A stretch of 63,979 nt of DNA, filler included, from Kipferlia bialata (lineage: Eukaryota): assembly GCA_003568945.1 (NCBI GenBank). It is 4 parts of 4 records of this genome, joined end to end, with 100 filler letters (N's around TTAATTAATTAA, not from the genome) between each part and the next. Parts side by side here need not be neighbours in the genome. Positions count along the whole stretch, not along the records: positions 1 to 19,428 come from BDIP01000424.1; positions 19,529 to 38,946 come from BDIP01000425.1; 2 more parts are not named here. One strand, 5' to 3'. The position numbers were made by a program, and so were the translations under genes. The notes under the pieces were generated by a model. The model ran no database searches, was not told the origin of the DNA, and was given only the letters and a program-made list of their open reading frames with translations. Below, piece by piece: positions 14,374-27,017 of the stretch. Within the stretch, counting starts at the first letter, position 1; every line of letters begins with the position of its first letter.

Positions 14374-16079
14374 GCTGGACAACAAGGGTCATGGGACTGG
14401 TGTTAGATGATACATAAATACACACAAAATAGATCACACACATAACATATATATATAGAGAGAGAGAGAAAGAGAGAGAGAGAGGAAAGTAGGTTGAGCT
14501 GGACAACAAGGGTCATGTAGCTAGTGAAAGAGTATGAATTCATATGAGAGACAGAGGGGTATGAATACATATAGGGAGAGAAGTAGAGGTATTGGGTTAT
14601 GGGGACAGGATACTAATAGAGTAAATATAGATAGTATATATATATAGTATATATATAGATATGTGGGCAACAATGGTCATGGGCTGTATTGAGAAGGGAT
14701 AGAGACAGATTTAGAATATAAGGGGAGGGGGGGGGGGGTGAACTCTAAATATATATACATGGAGTAGACAGTATGACATAGTATATAGTGACACGTCCAC
14801 ACACCCTGAGCAGTTCCCGCATCTTGGCAAGTCCTCATCGATATACACTATACATATAGCATAGTATATGTATACATACAGTATACGTATATATATGCAT
14901 GTCAATACGCACCCTGAGCAGTTCCCGCATCTTGGCAAGTCCTCATCCTCAGACAGAAAGCCAATCCCACCAATCTGGGATGAGGGTATATATATATATA
15001 TATATATATATATAGGATACCGTTACTCTAACTGTGTATAACAGAATAGAGATGACTAACCACGCAGTCTATACCTTGGTGTCCAACACTCCACAGTCCT
15101 CGTCCATCTCATATATCAATATATACATACACATTAATATATATATATATATATAAATTACAGTATATACACTAGTACCTTGGTGTCCAACACTCCGCAG
15201 TCCTCGCCCATCTCTGGCAGTGAGTAAATGGATGTAAACAGAGTAATACATACGGCGAGAGAGAGAGAGAGAGACAGAAAGGAGAGAGGGGTACCCACAG
15301 AGAGAGAAGGAGAGTCAGGGGATGAAAAGAAATATAGTATATGTGACCAGGATGCTAGGGTTATATATAGAGAGGATACGGGGTTAGACACACCTCCAAG
15401 TGATAGGTCATATGCTACCCTTGCATGCTGTCCCAGTACATATATACTATATATACTATATATACTATATATACTATATATATACCCTTTACATATACCC
15501 TATACATATACTATATATATATACTATACATATACCTCCCAGGGTCATGTCATATGCTACCCTTGCATGCTGCCCCAGGACATCGAGGAGAGGGGTGGGT
15601 ATGGTGACGGGCTGCTCTGTTACTAGATATGAGAGGGAGTGGTATATGTTTATATATATATATATATACAGAGAGAGAGATGGTGGGTAGGGTGATGGAC
15701 TGCTCAATGACTAGGGGTCAATTAGGAACAAGGGGGGGCAGAGTGAGAGAGAGAGATGGGTAGTGATGTACCTCTCAATGAATGGGGCATGAGAGGGAGG
15801 GGTATATATTGAGAGATAGTGAGAGGGATACCAAAGTATGGACTAGGTATGAGACTGAGGTGAGAATGCACAATATAGGGGGGGGGAGAAAGAGGGATAG
15901 CGTGATAGTGACGGAGAGGGGGGGGGGGGGTTGACAAGGATACTTTGGACAGTATATAGGCATGAGTGAGGGTCAGATACTAAACCCTGGACTGGACATG
16001 CACTGAGACATATAATCACCCACAACCGGTAGTAGTCTGTTCTCAGCATACACGTATTACCTGGTAGCGGATTGCACAT
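10863..16079 (-). CDS. YwqG/DUF1963-like protein, about 15 exons
   Basis: Spliced peptide MCNPLP|VTEQPVTIPTPLLDVLGQHARVAYDMTLG|EMGEDCGVLDTK|IGGIGFLSEDEDLPRCGNCSG|PMTLVVQLNLAQMP..|GLIQLYVC..; second half GGWF..YPKCP|ECGEPM..MLWG|DYATVHVSQCLHHR|RVFAMTWDY* (TAG 10863-10865). The KIGG-P-CxxC-M-QLNL and WGD motifs fit DUF1963. Confidence 0.7.
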
Positions 16080-16103
16080 ATTCAGTCCCTGAATATACAC
16101 TCC

Positions 16104-16109
16104 TTTATA
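16104..16109 (-). promoter_or_regulatory. Candidate TATA box (TATAAAGG) about 25 nt upstream of the ATG at 16079
   Basis: The same TATAAAGG lies about 40 nt upstream of the ATG at 37431 (37385-37392). AT-rich background makes chance matches plausible. Confidence 0.3.
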
Positions 16110-16445
16110 GAGCGTTGTTTCAATGATGTACTATTCACACTGATTCACACATTGTTCTCCGAAACTCCCAAGACGTCTTCAGACATATCCGGTTGACCTA
16201 TGTATATTCAGAGAATAACTACATACATGTAAGGAGGGAAAGAGAGAGAGTAATGCTGCCATCTTGCACAATAACGACACCACACCAAGTAGTCTATTGG
16301 TCTCTTTAGTAGTGAAGTAGTAAATACATATTGAATGCCTGTCAGTACACTGAGTGTATTGGACAATCATTCTCTCTCTTGCAATAATGAAAGAGTCTCA
16401 CTCACAGTGAGCATCCCTCTCTCTCTCTCTTTACTTTTGGATACA

Positions 16446-19428
16446 TTACTCCCTGAGCTCTGCCTTGAGCTCTCTGTTGATCTGAGGTTAATAATACTTA
16501 CAATATACAAGAAGTGATCTGGCAATAGAATGGTATACAGTATATGAATCTATGTATATAGTATATAGATAGAGTAGATATATACATATATCAAACCTTT
16601 GAGTACTGGTAGCCAATGGCACTCTTACGTTCCAGCATATACCACTATAATCAAGTGATATGTATCTTCATATATATATATACATATATGTCTGAATATA
16701 GTCTGAATACATATATATATATCCCATACCTTTGAGTAGTGGAAGTACTGGTACCCAATGGCAACGTCCAGGCCTGGGGTGAGAGATATCCAGAGAGAAA
16801 GACAGACAGATAAGTACAGTGAGCAAATGTGGCTGTATGCTGCAACTATATGTGATGCCGTATACATACTGTATACTAACCTAGCACACCGGCACTGCCT
16901 ACGATCCATGGTATCTGGGGCCATATGAGATCCCATGTGGTGGCAGTCAGGGCAATGGAGAGAGCATAGGTGGTGTTACCACAGACTAAGAATGAGTGTG
17001 GAGAGAGAGAGAGAGAGAGACAGGGGTGGCGGTCAATGTGATGGAGAGGGCATAGGTGGTGTTGCCACAGATTGAGGTGAGAGACAGAGTGGTAAGGGGG
17101 ACGGGAACGAGTCCAAGAGAGGGGGGGGGGGGGTCAGAGCGATAGATGTTTATAGAGGATATATGTACACATGCACCCACTTGCAATGCTGAACATGCTG
17201 ATGAATATATATATATATATATATATGGATATGTATATGTATATATGGATATATGGATATACATATACATCCACTCACTTGCAATGATGAACATGCTGAT
17301 GATATATATATATATGTGTGTGTGTATATATATATATTCTAATGTATATATGATGAAACACAACACAACTAATACATATATATATATATACATATACTAA
17401 CACATACTGATACGTATATGATATAACACCCACTTGCAATGATGAACATGCTGATGCTCAGGGTCTCGGGGGACTTCTCCCTGGAGAGTGAGGGGTGGAA
17501 TATAGAAACACATATATACGTATTTCTCATATAGGGGAAGAGTAATAGGGGAGATAGAGAGATATGTAAGCTCAGGCTTTTAGGGGACTTCTCTCTGACA
17601 GTAAGATAGGCTATCCACTTGATATAGAGAATACTATAGGACACGGAAACTCAAGAGGCTAGGGAGAGAGAAACTATATTGTTTCCATTACCTGACATTC
17701 TTAAGAATCTGGTTGATCCTGCTGGCGACATAGTTGACACCAGAGACCCAGCCTGAGGGGTAAGTAGCGCAATGTAAGTAGGTGAGTACTCAGTTACGTC
17801 AGGTAAGACACACAAGAGTGTCTCTCATACACACAGTAAATCTATATTTATACAATAGTATGCAGGATATTTACTCACCCAACATCCATCCCACCCAGAA
17901 CTGCCACGTCAGGGGAGTCTCATCGTCAGATAGGGTGACAGAAGGGACGCTGCTAGCCTGGGTTATAGAGGGTATATACACAAACGCATAGGAGGGTATA
18001 TATTCATATACGTTGTATTGTGTATATCTCATCGTCAGTCAGGGTGACGGAGGGGATGGAAGAGGCCTCTGATTAGTAAAGTGAGTAAGATTTACATATA
18101 TAGTAGAATTCTTGTATGTCTCGTCTGTCAGGGTGACAGAGGGGATGCTGCTGGCCACGGGTAAATACCATTAGAAACTATCCTAATACTAATCATAAAC
18201 AGTAAACAAATATATACTGCATATATATTAATGTACCGTAGTCCCCAGTGCCAGTGCGAGTGTGAGCAGCATGGCCAGAAGGTGGATATACTACAAGTAT
18301 ATATATATGTATATAGTATATGCATGTATTGCATATACCCTTGTCCCTAGTGCCAGTGCCAGTGTGAGTAGCATGGCCAGGGGGTGGATGGCCAGGGAGG
18401 TGTCCTGGGTGGTATCTGCCCTGGGTGTTAGAGTATGATATTCTATATATCCTATATATACTAATATATATACACAACTATAGCTTCGAATATTAAGAAT
18501 CTATGGGGGTGGGTGGCGAGGGAGGTGTCCTGTGGGGTCTCGGCTCTGGAGATAAGAGATAGACTAACACTCAATATATACTATGCACTACATTTATATA
18601 CATATTATAACAAACACTGAATACATGTATATATAAAATTATATATATATATATTATATATATGGATGGCCAGGGAGGTGTCCTGGGTTATATCAGCCCT
18701 GCAGGTAGAGATATAGTAGTATATATACATATATAGATATTATCGTGTATTCGTACAGTAGGTTGGTCCCCTCCAGGACAGTGCCCTGCTTGTCCTTGGG
18801 AGAGTACAGGCGGAACTGGAGGGTGAGAATGGGGAGAAAGAGGTGTCTGGACGAAGAACCAATACGGATACATGCATGAATATGGATAGAGAGAGAGAGA
18901 GAGAGAGGTATGGTACCTGGACGAAGAGCAGCACGTCTGCCAGACAGTAGTAGAGGGCACTGAAACTGGGGTGAGAGACTCCAGAGAGCACTGTATAGTA
19001 GTTGTTATTGAATACTATTATACAGTATAGAATAATGCACTGACACTAGGGGTGAGGGAATCAAGTGAAGGAGTAATCAACGAAACAGAGAGTGCTGTCT
19101 ATAGAAAATATATAAATAACACATACTTTAAAATGGAAATGATAATGGGTGCATGGAGGAGAACTACAACCAGCGAGCGAAGACTTACAGGAGAGGAGAA
19201 AGAGGAGAAAGGGGAAAGAGAGAGAGAGAGAGGACTTACATTTGTGTTGGTAGGGCACCGATGATCACAGCTCCTGGGGTAAGATAGACTATAACGGACG
19301 TAGAGAAGGAAACAGAACAAATAGAGAGCAGAGGGTGTGAGAGTGAGAAGCTCATTCATATACATCACAGTGGTACCTAGCAAGTTGGTGAGGTCACCAA
19401 TGATCCAGTTGATGAGGAAGGCATATAA
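16446..19428 (-). CDS. PQ-loop lysosomal/vacuolar cationic amino-acid transporter (PQLC2/LAAT1/Ypq family), 5' truncated by scaffold end
   Basis: Exons read YAFLINWIIGDLTNLL|GAVIIGALPTQ|FSALYYCLADVLLFVQ..WVGWMLG|WVSGVNYVASRINQILKNV|REKSPETLSISMF..GNTTYALSI..PQIPWIVGSAGVL|GLDVAIGYQYFHYSK|INRELKAELRE* (TAA 16446-16448). Confidence 0.88.
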
Positions 19429-19528
19429 NNNNNNNNNNNNNNNNNNNNNNNNNNNNNNNNNNNNNNNNNNNNTTAATTAATTAANNNNNNNNNNNNNNNN
19501 NNNNNNNNNNNNNNNNNNNNNNNNNNNN
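19429..19528. other. Artificial scaffold linker (N44-TTAATTAATTAA-N44)
   Basis: Exactly 100 nt with a six-frame stop cassette; identical to the other two linkers. Confidence 0.97.
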
Positions 19529-19684
19529 CAGAGACATATATAAGACCTATGGTACGGTCTATAGGGGATAAGCTCCTCCCATTCGGGAGCTATGAAATCT
19601 GATAAACCCCTAATCAAACACGTAATCCCATAAAAATGTTCAATTTGCATTTATATATGTAAGGACATATACTAGTTTGTATAC

Positions 19685-21139
19685 CTGAATCCCTCTAACA
19701 CTCCTGTCATGGCCTATAAGGGGGGCAACGCTAGGATAAGAGAAAAGAGAGAGAGAGAGAGAGAGAGAGAGTCCCATTTCACTGATAAAGGGTCAACGCT
19801 TCAGGTAATTCAAAGTATATATGATATTATCATAAAATATGATAATTCAATGTATTTGTATAGTGTGTGGATATTTGTATATAATCTCATATCAGTGTTC
19901 TCAATGATAATATCAAAGTATCTATATATATTCACATAGTGTACGTTGCGTCTCTGTCAAAAGCTACAGTCAGATATATTCAGTGTACTAACTCTAGGTA
20001 CTACTAACATACATACTGCAAAGTAGGTCATAGCGTACCCTGCGTCTCTGTCTCCATACCGTAAGGCAGGGATTTCTCCGTCGTCAAACGTGTGGGTGGG
20101 GTCCTATACATAAGTCAAAGGAATGTCATTATGAAAGTAGAATAATATGGAGGTATAGCAATAATATGTAGAATCAGAAGTCATTATGCAGTCATACATA
20201 TTATCTATACACTCTATACCTGTAGTATCACAGTGCCAATGGACCTGAGAGCGTCTATATGTATTTGTTAATCCCTATATATGATATATATATGTCATGT
20301 ATGTATACACTGCCCATACACTAACTATATACTGTGTACCTGCAGTATCACTGTGCCAATGGTCCTGATGGCGTCTCCTATGGGACTGGGTTGGCCAAAG
20401 GCATGGATGCTCAGTCCATCCTGGTGTCAATATACTTGATAAATATATATATATTGAGAGAGAGAGAGAGAAAGAGTATGGGACTGGGTTGGCCAAAGGC
20501 ATGGATACTAGGTCCGTCCTGGAGTAAGTATACATGGTATACACATATAGACTTATGTATAGAGAGAGAGAGAGAGAGACAGAGTATGGGACTAGGCTGG
20601 CCGAAGGCATGGATACTCGGTCCATCCTGGTGTCAATATACATGGTATATATATATATATAGAGAGAGAGAGAAAGAGTATGGGACTGGGTTGGCCAAAG
20701 GCATGGATACTTGTCCCATTCTAGAGTTAGCATACAAAGTATACAAATATATATATAGAGAGAGAGAGAGAGACAGAGTATGGGACTAGGCTGGCCAAAG
20801 GCATGGATGTTTCTCCCATTCTAGAGTTAGCATACAAAGTATACATATATATACAAAGAGAGAGAGAGAGAGACAGAGTATGGGACTAGGTTGGCCAAAG
20901 GCATGGATACTTGTCCCATCCTGATGTATGTATACATAGTATACATATACATAGAGAGAGAGAGAGAGAGAGTAAGGGACTGGGCTGGCCAAAGGCATGG
21001 ATGCTTGTCCCATTCTAGAGTTAGCATACAAAGTATACAAATATATATATATAGAGAGAGAGAGATGGAGAGAGAGAGTATGGGACTGGGCTGGCCAAAT
21101 GCATGGATGATTGTCCCGTACTGGTGTCAATATACATGG

Positions 21140-21174
<35 letters not shown>

Positions 21175-24100
21175 TATGGGACTAGGTTGGTGAAATACAT
21201 GGATGCTTGTCCCATTCTAGAGTTAGTATACTTGGTAAGTACTTGGTAAATGTATATATATATATATATATGATGACAGATAGAGAGAGAGAGAGAGACA
21301 TGAATGCTTGTTCCATTCTGGAGAGAGTATAGTACAAATATATATTGAGAGATAGAGGGGGAGAGAGTGAGAGAGTATGGGGCTGGACGTACTCGGTCCA
21401 TCCTGCCACTCTGACCCTGTATCTGTGTCAATTACCTACACATATATCGAATATATATGTATATCTATATACGAATACTAAGACGGAGAGACAGAGATAG
21501 GGAGAGAGATTTATACCTGCTGCCCCACATCCACTGCCACTATGAGTCTGGGTGAGATGCGCTCCAAGGCCAGTCTCTTCTGAAGGTGAGGATTAGGGGG
21601 GGGGAGAGAGAGAGAGAGAAAGGGGGGGAGAGAGTTCTGACTGTGAGTACAGATCGCACTGCGCTGTGGTACTCCCCATGTCTATATAAACACTCATGTA
21701 TTAATATGCAAAGCAAAATGTGTGTACCTTCTCCTCCCTCTCCGTCACTCTGTTCCCACGTATTTACACTTAGTACATATTTCTATATTGAATAATCATA
21801 TTGAGAATAGATATAACGAACTTGTACATACTAGTATGCATTACCTTCTCCTCCCTCTCTGCCACTCTGTCTCTGGGATGTATATATCAGTATGTATACA
21901 ATACATACGTACTGCATTATAGATGGAGTATATATATATACTACCTTCTCCTCCCTCTCTGCCACTCTGTCCCTGGGGTGTCTGCCCTCCCTGCCACCAG
22001 CCAGGACCATGAAGGGGTATGCTACTGCAAGACCTTTGAATGAGAGGTTATATAATATACAGTATATAAATATATATATGTATAAATGTATCTGCCCCCC
22101 CTGCCACCAGCAAGGACCATGAAGGGGTAGGCTACTACCAGACCTAAGGGTTAGAGGAACATATATGATACATATATATATATGTGTGTGTGTGTGTATA
22201 TTTATATACATGTGTCTGCCCTCCCTGCCACCAGCAAGGACCATGAAGGGGTAGGCTACTACTAAGCCTGAAGGTTAAAATAGTCTGTAATATACATGCA
22301 TGCACAAATATATATATATGTATGTATCTGCCCTCCCTGCCACCAGCAAGGACCATGAAGGGGAATGCTACTGCTAGACCTTATGGTAAGAAGCATATTA
22401 TATACATACATGCACACATATATATATTAGTGTATCTGCCCTCCCTGCCACCAGCAAGGACCATGAAGGGGTAGGCCACTGCTAGACCTAAGAGTCAGTA
22501 ATATTGGTATATACACATACTTATTCAAATATATATCTATATGTATATATATTGTATGTATCTGCCCTCCCTGCCACCGCAAGGACCATGACGGGAAGCA
22601 TGCCATACCCAAGTAAAGAGTAAGGTACGGTTGTATAGAGATGAGAAGGAAAGAGAGACAAACATGATGGGGTAGCATAGAGAGAGATACATATACTAGC
22701 AAGGACCATGAAGGGGTAGGCTACTACAAGGCCTAAGAGTAAGATAATATATGAGATACATGTACATACACATGTATGTGTATATATATAGACTACTAGA
22801 CCACCTACGAGTAACTATTATGTTACTCTAAATAGATGGGAGTGAGTGTGTGTGAGAGAGAGAGAGACAAACACAAATGATATGGGCTTACTGCTAGAAG
22901 CATACGGGAGAGAGAGGATGAGACAAGACATGCATCAACTTGGTATGTCTAAGTTGGGTGAATATACAATATATACTCTATATATACTCTATACTCTATC
23001 AGACACAGGCTACCTAGCATCTGGTACCATTTGAGACCAGCCATCTCTCTCTCTCTCTCTCTCTCCAAGACAGGTGTGTGCGATCGCTGAGTAGAGGATG
23101 AGAGCGTCACACCGATGAGCGAACCGTATGAACCGTTTGTCACTAAAATAATGAACGCATTTCAGTACACCTCGACAACACAATACTAACTCAGTAGTGC
23201 TACGCTTATCATTACTGAGCATACGGCTTCAGCTCCTCTCCACCGGGGAGAGACAGCTGTAAGGAGTATACAGTGTCTGTGCTTGGGGGTTCCAGACACC
23301 CATACATGGCAGCCACTATACCTCCACTTCTTCCTCCATCGCTCTCTCCACTACTCTCAAGTGTCCGTGTCTCCGCTAGTCTCTCTGTCTCTCCTGCTGG
23401 TAGTTCCCCTAGTGTACCCATGTATGCCATACCACCTACAGACTGACCCATAGCAGGGACCCGGCCTCGGTATCAGTGATTACTCACTTGAGTAGTTGGT
23501 ATGTATATACAGATAAAATAGACCTGGTATATGTATATATATTTCTTAGATATGCTACAACATCATACCTAATGACACCCACTCCTGTGAGACCAGGGAG
23601 TAGCAGTAGAGGTCATCAACACCCTGGAGGTCAGTTAGATCCACTGACAGTCTACGGCGCACTAAGGCGATTGACTCAGCAATTCACTGCATAGTAATAC
23701 AATTGACGTATTGGAAATATCGACTGTACCTCTGCAAATCGTCTCACTGCACATACGATGTGTCTGTCCAGTGGGAGTATGGAGTACACCAGACTGTATG
23801 CATAGACACCTGGGTCTATGCCTCGTATCTCTACTCCCTCGATTCTCTGATGTTAGTGAGTATAATGAACAGTACATATATGTATAAGCAATCCCATCTG
23901 CAAATGCCTGGCCAGTAACCGTCCTCTCTCTCTCTCTCACACAATGAAGATGCACCCAGACCTACCTGTAAGTGCCTGGCTAGTGACCGTAGTATATCAC
24001 CCCCCATGTATGCTCTCTCTCTCTCTCTCTCTCTCTCCCTCGCACTTATACTAACAATCCACCCAGACTCACCTGCAAGTGCCATGCTAGGGACCGTAGT

Positions 24101-25692
24101 ATGTCACCCCCCATATATGCTCTGTTCTCCCCTATAGTACTCCCAGTGGGAAGAGGGGTGCATTCAATCCAGCGCTGAGGTTAGATACATAAGCAATAGT
24201 ATAAGCTATATACGTACACATACACATATATATATATATGTATACTGTACCACCACTATGGAGAGGGAAGCATTCCATCCAGCGCTGTAGTCAGACAGTG
24301 ATATATGTCAAATCATGTACATATATGTTCGCTATATACAAAATCCATTGTGTGGCAACCAAGAATGTCAAATTACAATGATAGCCACTCATAAATCTGT
24401 GTATACTATATAGTAATTACCTTAGTCTCAGGGTCCTCCTTTTCTTTCTGTGTATATATCTGCGTATATACATACAACTGTATATATATGCACACAGATA
24501 CATATACAGCACTAACCCTTGTCTCAGGATCATACTTCTCTATCTGTGTCTGTGGCACTGGGTCCTCCGGTGTGGCGGGATATCCCCAGTACACATGGAA
24601 CATGCCCTGGAGGTATTAGTACTGTGTATATATAGGTACAAATATGTATCACACACATAAGACTCTATACTCAGTATGGCGTGCTGGAAAAGACCCAAGT
24701 GTGTCCATATACCTCGCGTTCAAATGACAACAGATCTAGTGGCTCTTCCTCTGGATCAGAGTGTCTGGCATGGTCTAAGGGGTGTTCCTAATTCATCAGA
24801 CAATACATAAGTGTATACTATACACAATAGAATATATACAATAGTATCTAGATATACTTGGTCACACACAAGTATATCTAAATCAGGGTCAGACTTAGTC
24901 TAACGTATGCTCCTACCAGTAAGGTGGATCTCACAAGTAGTTCACACGAAATATGTACCACACATATATACATTACTATATACACCAGTATGTACCAATA
25001 CCTGTCGCCACTCGTATGTGTCAAGACTCAGTACCCACACTTAGTGCATATATATATACATTCATACATAGATATGTAGATAGATAGATTTAGATATTGA
25101 TAGTAATATAGTGCATAATATGTATACTATACAATGTATTCCACTATATGTACCTGTCGCCACTCGTAAGTGTCAAGACTGAGTACCCACATCTCTCCTG
25201 AGTGCCCAATGTACTCATAGAGCTGATATGAGTCACTACAAGTCACGAAGAGTCAATATAGTCAACAATAGCGGTGTGCTCCTTCGTCCATTTAGGTATA
25301 GATAGCAGCTACGGTGTATGCTTATCTGATACAGGAAAATCTCATTGATACATGCAAGATTTGCCATTTGGTTGCCTTGCACAGAAATTTCATCCACTCA
25401 TGCCGTTGTCCCGACAATACATATGTATTTGAATGAGTGTATGAAAGTACTAAGACAGTACAAACCCATGAAGATTGCCTGATTCCTATAACACAGACCA
25501 CACATGCCATTGCCCCGCCCAGTCAGCCATGAATACACATATACAAACATATATATAAAAATCCCATATATCTCATATATATGATCTATACCTCTCCCCC
25601 CACCACACATGCTGTTGTCCCGCAGAGTCTACCTAGACCACCCTCGACGGGACAGGGTATTAGTTCGTCAGTATATGTGCCTACATATTAGA

Positions 25693-25723
<31 letters not shown>

Positions 25724-26356
25724 TCTGCCCAGGCCACCCTCGATAGGACAGGGTATAATGAGTTCATTTGTCATTGTATCAATATTAGAGTTGATATGGA
25801 ATTGCATCAACTCATCAGTTAAGTGTCCTCACTCTCAGAGGCAATATGGTATAGTGTGTGTGAGAGAGAGATATTGGCCATGAATGGGATAGGGCATAAG
25901 TGCATCGGTATATGTGCCTATATATGAGAGACAGAGAGAGGGATGGAGAGAGAGAGTAGCCGTCAAATGGACAGGTATTACTCCATCGATATAGCTACCT
26001 TTCCACTAGAGGGTACACTCATTGAAACAACCATCACTGAGCCGAGAGTGGTGGTGCAGAGAGGGGGAAAGACAGAGAGAGAGAGAGACATTAGTGTGGA
26101 TGAATGCAGAGAGAGGGGGAGGGGAAGTGAGAGATAGAGAGAGAGAGAGACATACCGTCACTGAGCCGAGTCAGAAGGATGCAACAGTTCAATCCTGGAT
26201 ATGAGAGGTGATGTAGAGAAGGGATGTATACATAAATACATATATATATACATATATATTAAATATACGTATAGAGAGAGAGAGAGAGAGAGGGAGAGAG
26301 AGGGAGAGTACTTATGAGGCATGGGTTGCAAGGGGGAGGAGTGGATATGAGAGGTG

Positions 26357-26396
<40 letters not shown>

Positions 26397-26857
26397 AGAG
26401 AGAGAGAAGGAAGGAATATATGAGGCATGTGTTGCAAGAGGGAGGAGTGGAGGGGGGGGCATACAAGACATGGGGGTTGTATATTTATATACCTTCAACA
26501 TCTCCAGGTGTGTCCCTTCCCTGTACGGAACCTATCCACATACACTGGGTGGGGGAGACAGGGACAAGGTCACCCCAGGCCCCTGGGAGTCAGTATACAA
26601 CAACATGTAGAGTCACAGTATACTAGTATACATTTATAGTATATCATAAATACATATGCCTCTGTGGCACTAGCGTACTCTCTCTACCAGTCTCTTTCTC
26701 TAACTTTACTATCACTCACCCACCTGGCATATACCTCAATGCGTATCATTGTATCAATGGAAAGTACTGTATCTATAAAGGTAAATATCTAATCTATCAC
26801 TCACGTACCCGGCATATACCTCAGTGGCACATGGGTGATACTCACGCCATCGGTCAT
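19685..26857 (-). CDS. Kelch-like beta-propeller protein, multi-exon, 3' end probably beyond the scaffold edge
   Basis: Exons MTDGVSITHVPLRYMPG|AWGDLVPVSPTQCMWIG..|GLNCCILLTRLSDG..IPCPV..LYEYIGHSGEMWVLSLDTYEWRQ..GMFHVYWG..IEKYDPETR|RWIECTPLP..GVDDLYCYSLVSQEWVSLG..VAPLIGHDRSVRGIQ. Repeated Y-D/S-x4-5-W blade motifs. Some internal junctions unresolved. Confidence 0.7.
20380..21420 (-). repeat. Intronic tandem array (~100-nt unit, ~8 near-complete plus 2 partial copies) of an acceptor site plus exon start
   Basis: Plus-strand unit gagtatgggact.ggytggccaaaggcatggat..ctagagttag / ctggtgtcaa, separated by (TA)n/(GA)n; matches the first ~36 nt of the real exon at ~20340-20420. Confidence 0.92.
21940..22740 (-). 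repeat. Intronic tandem array (~110-nt unit, ~6 copies) of the acceptor and start of exon LAVAYPFMVLAGGREGR
   Basis: tctgccctccctgccaccagcaaggaccatgaaggggt recurs near 22090, 22215, 22327, 22435, 22561 and 22699 (partial); the full exon is at ~21945-22034. Confidence 0.92.
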
Positions 26858-27017
26858 TGAATAGACTCTATGCAGTAGGCCTGTTATAACCTATAAGTTA
26901 TAGGAGAGAGAGGACTTGTGTCAATGACAATCAATGGCCACCGATGATCGTTTCAGACGTTTGGAGAGGTCTCATTGAGACTCTATCTCTTCCTTCTCTC
27001 TTCTAATAGTCAGTGTG

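Noticed and set aside
16179..16263. Alternative start MAALLSLFPSLH for the DUF1963-like gene
   Set aside because: No in-frame splice path found; the ATG at 16079 joins exon 2 in the correct phase.
19473..19484. TTAATTAATTAA palindrome (also 38991-39002, 58495-58506)
   Set aside because: Synthetic six-frame stop cassette; the two complete scaffolds are 19418 and 19404 nt, consistent with size-sorted concatenation, so gene order across linkers is meaningless.
20380..22740. Repeat-spacer pattern resembling a CRISPR array
   Set aside because: The repeats are degenerate copies of adjacent exons, the spacers are microsatellites, the DNA is eukaryotic and no cas genes are visible.
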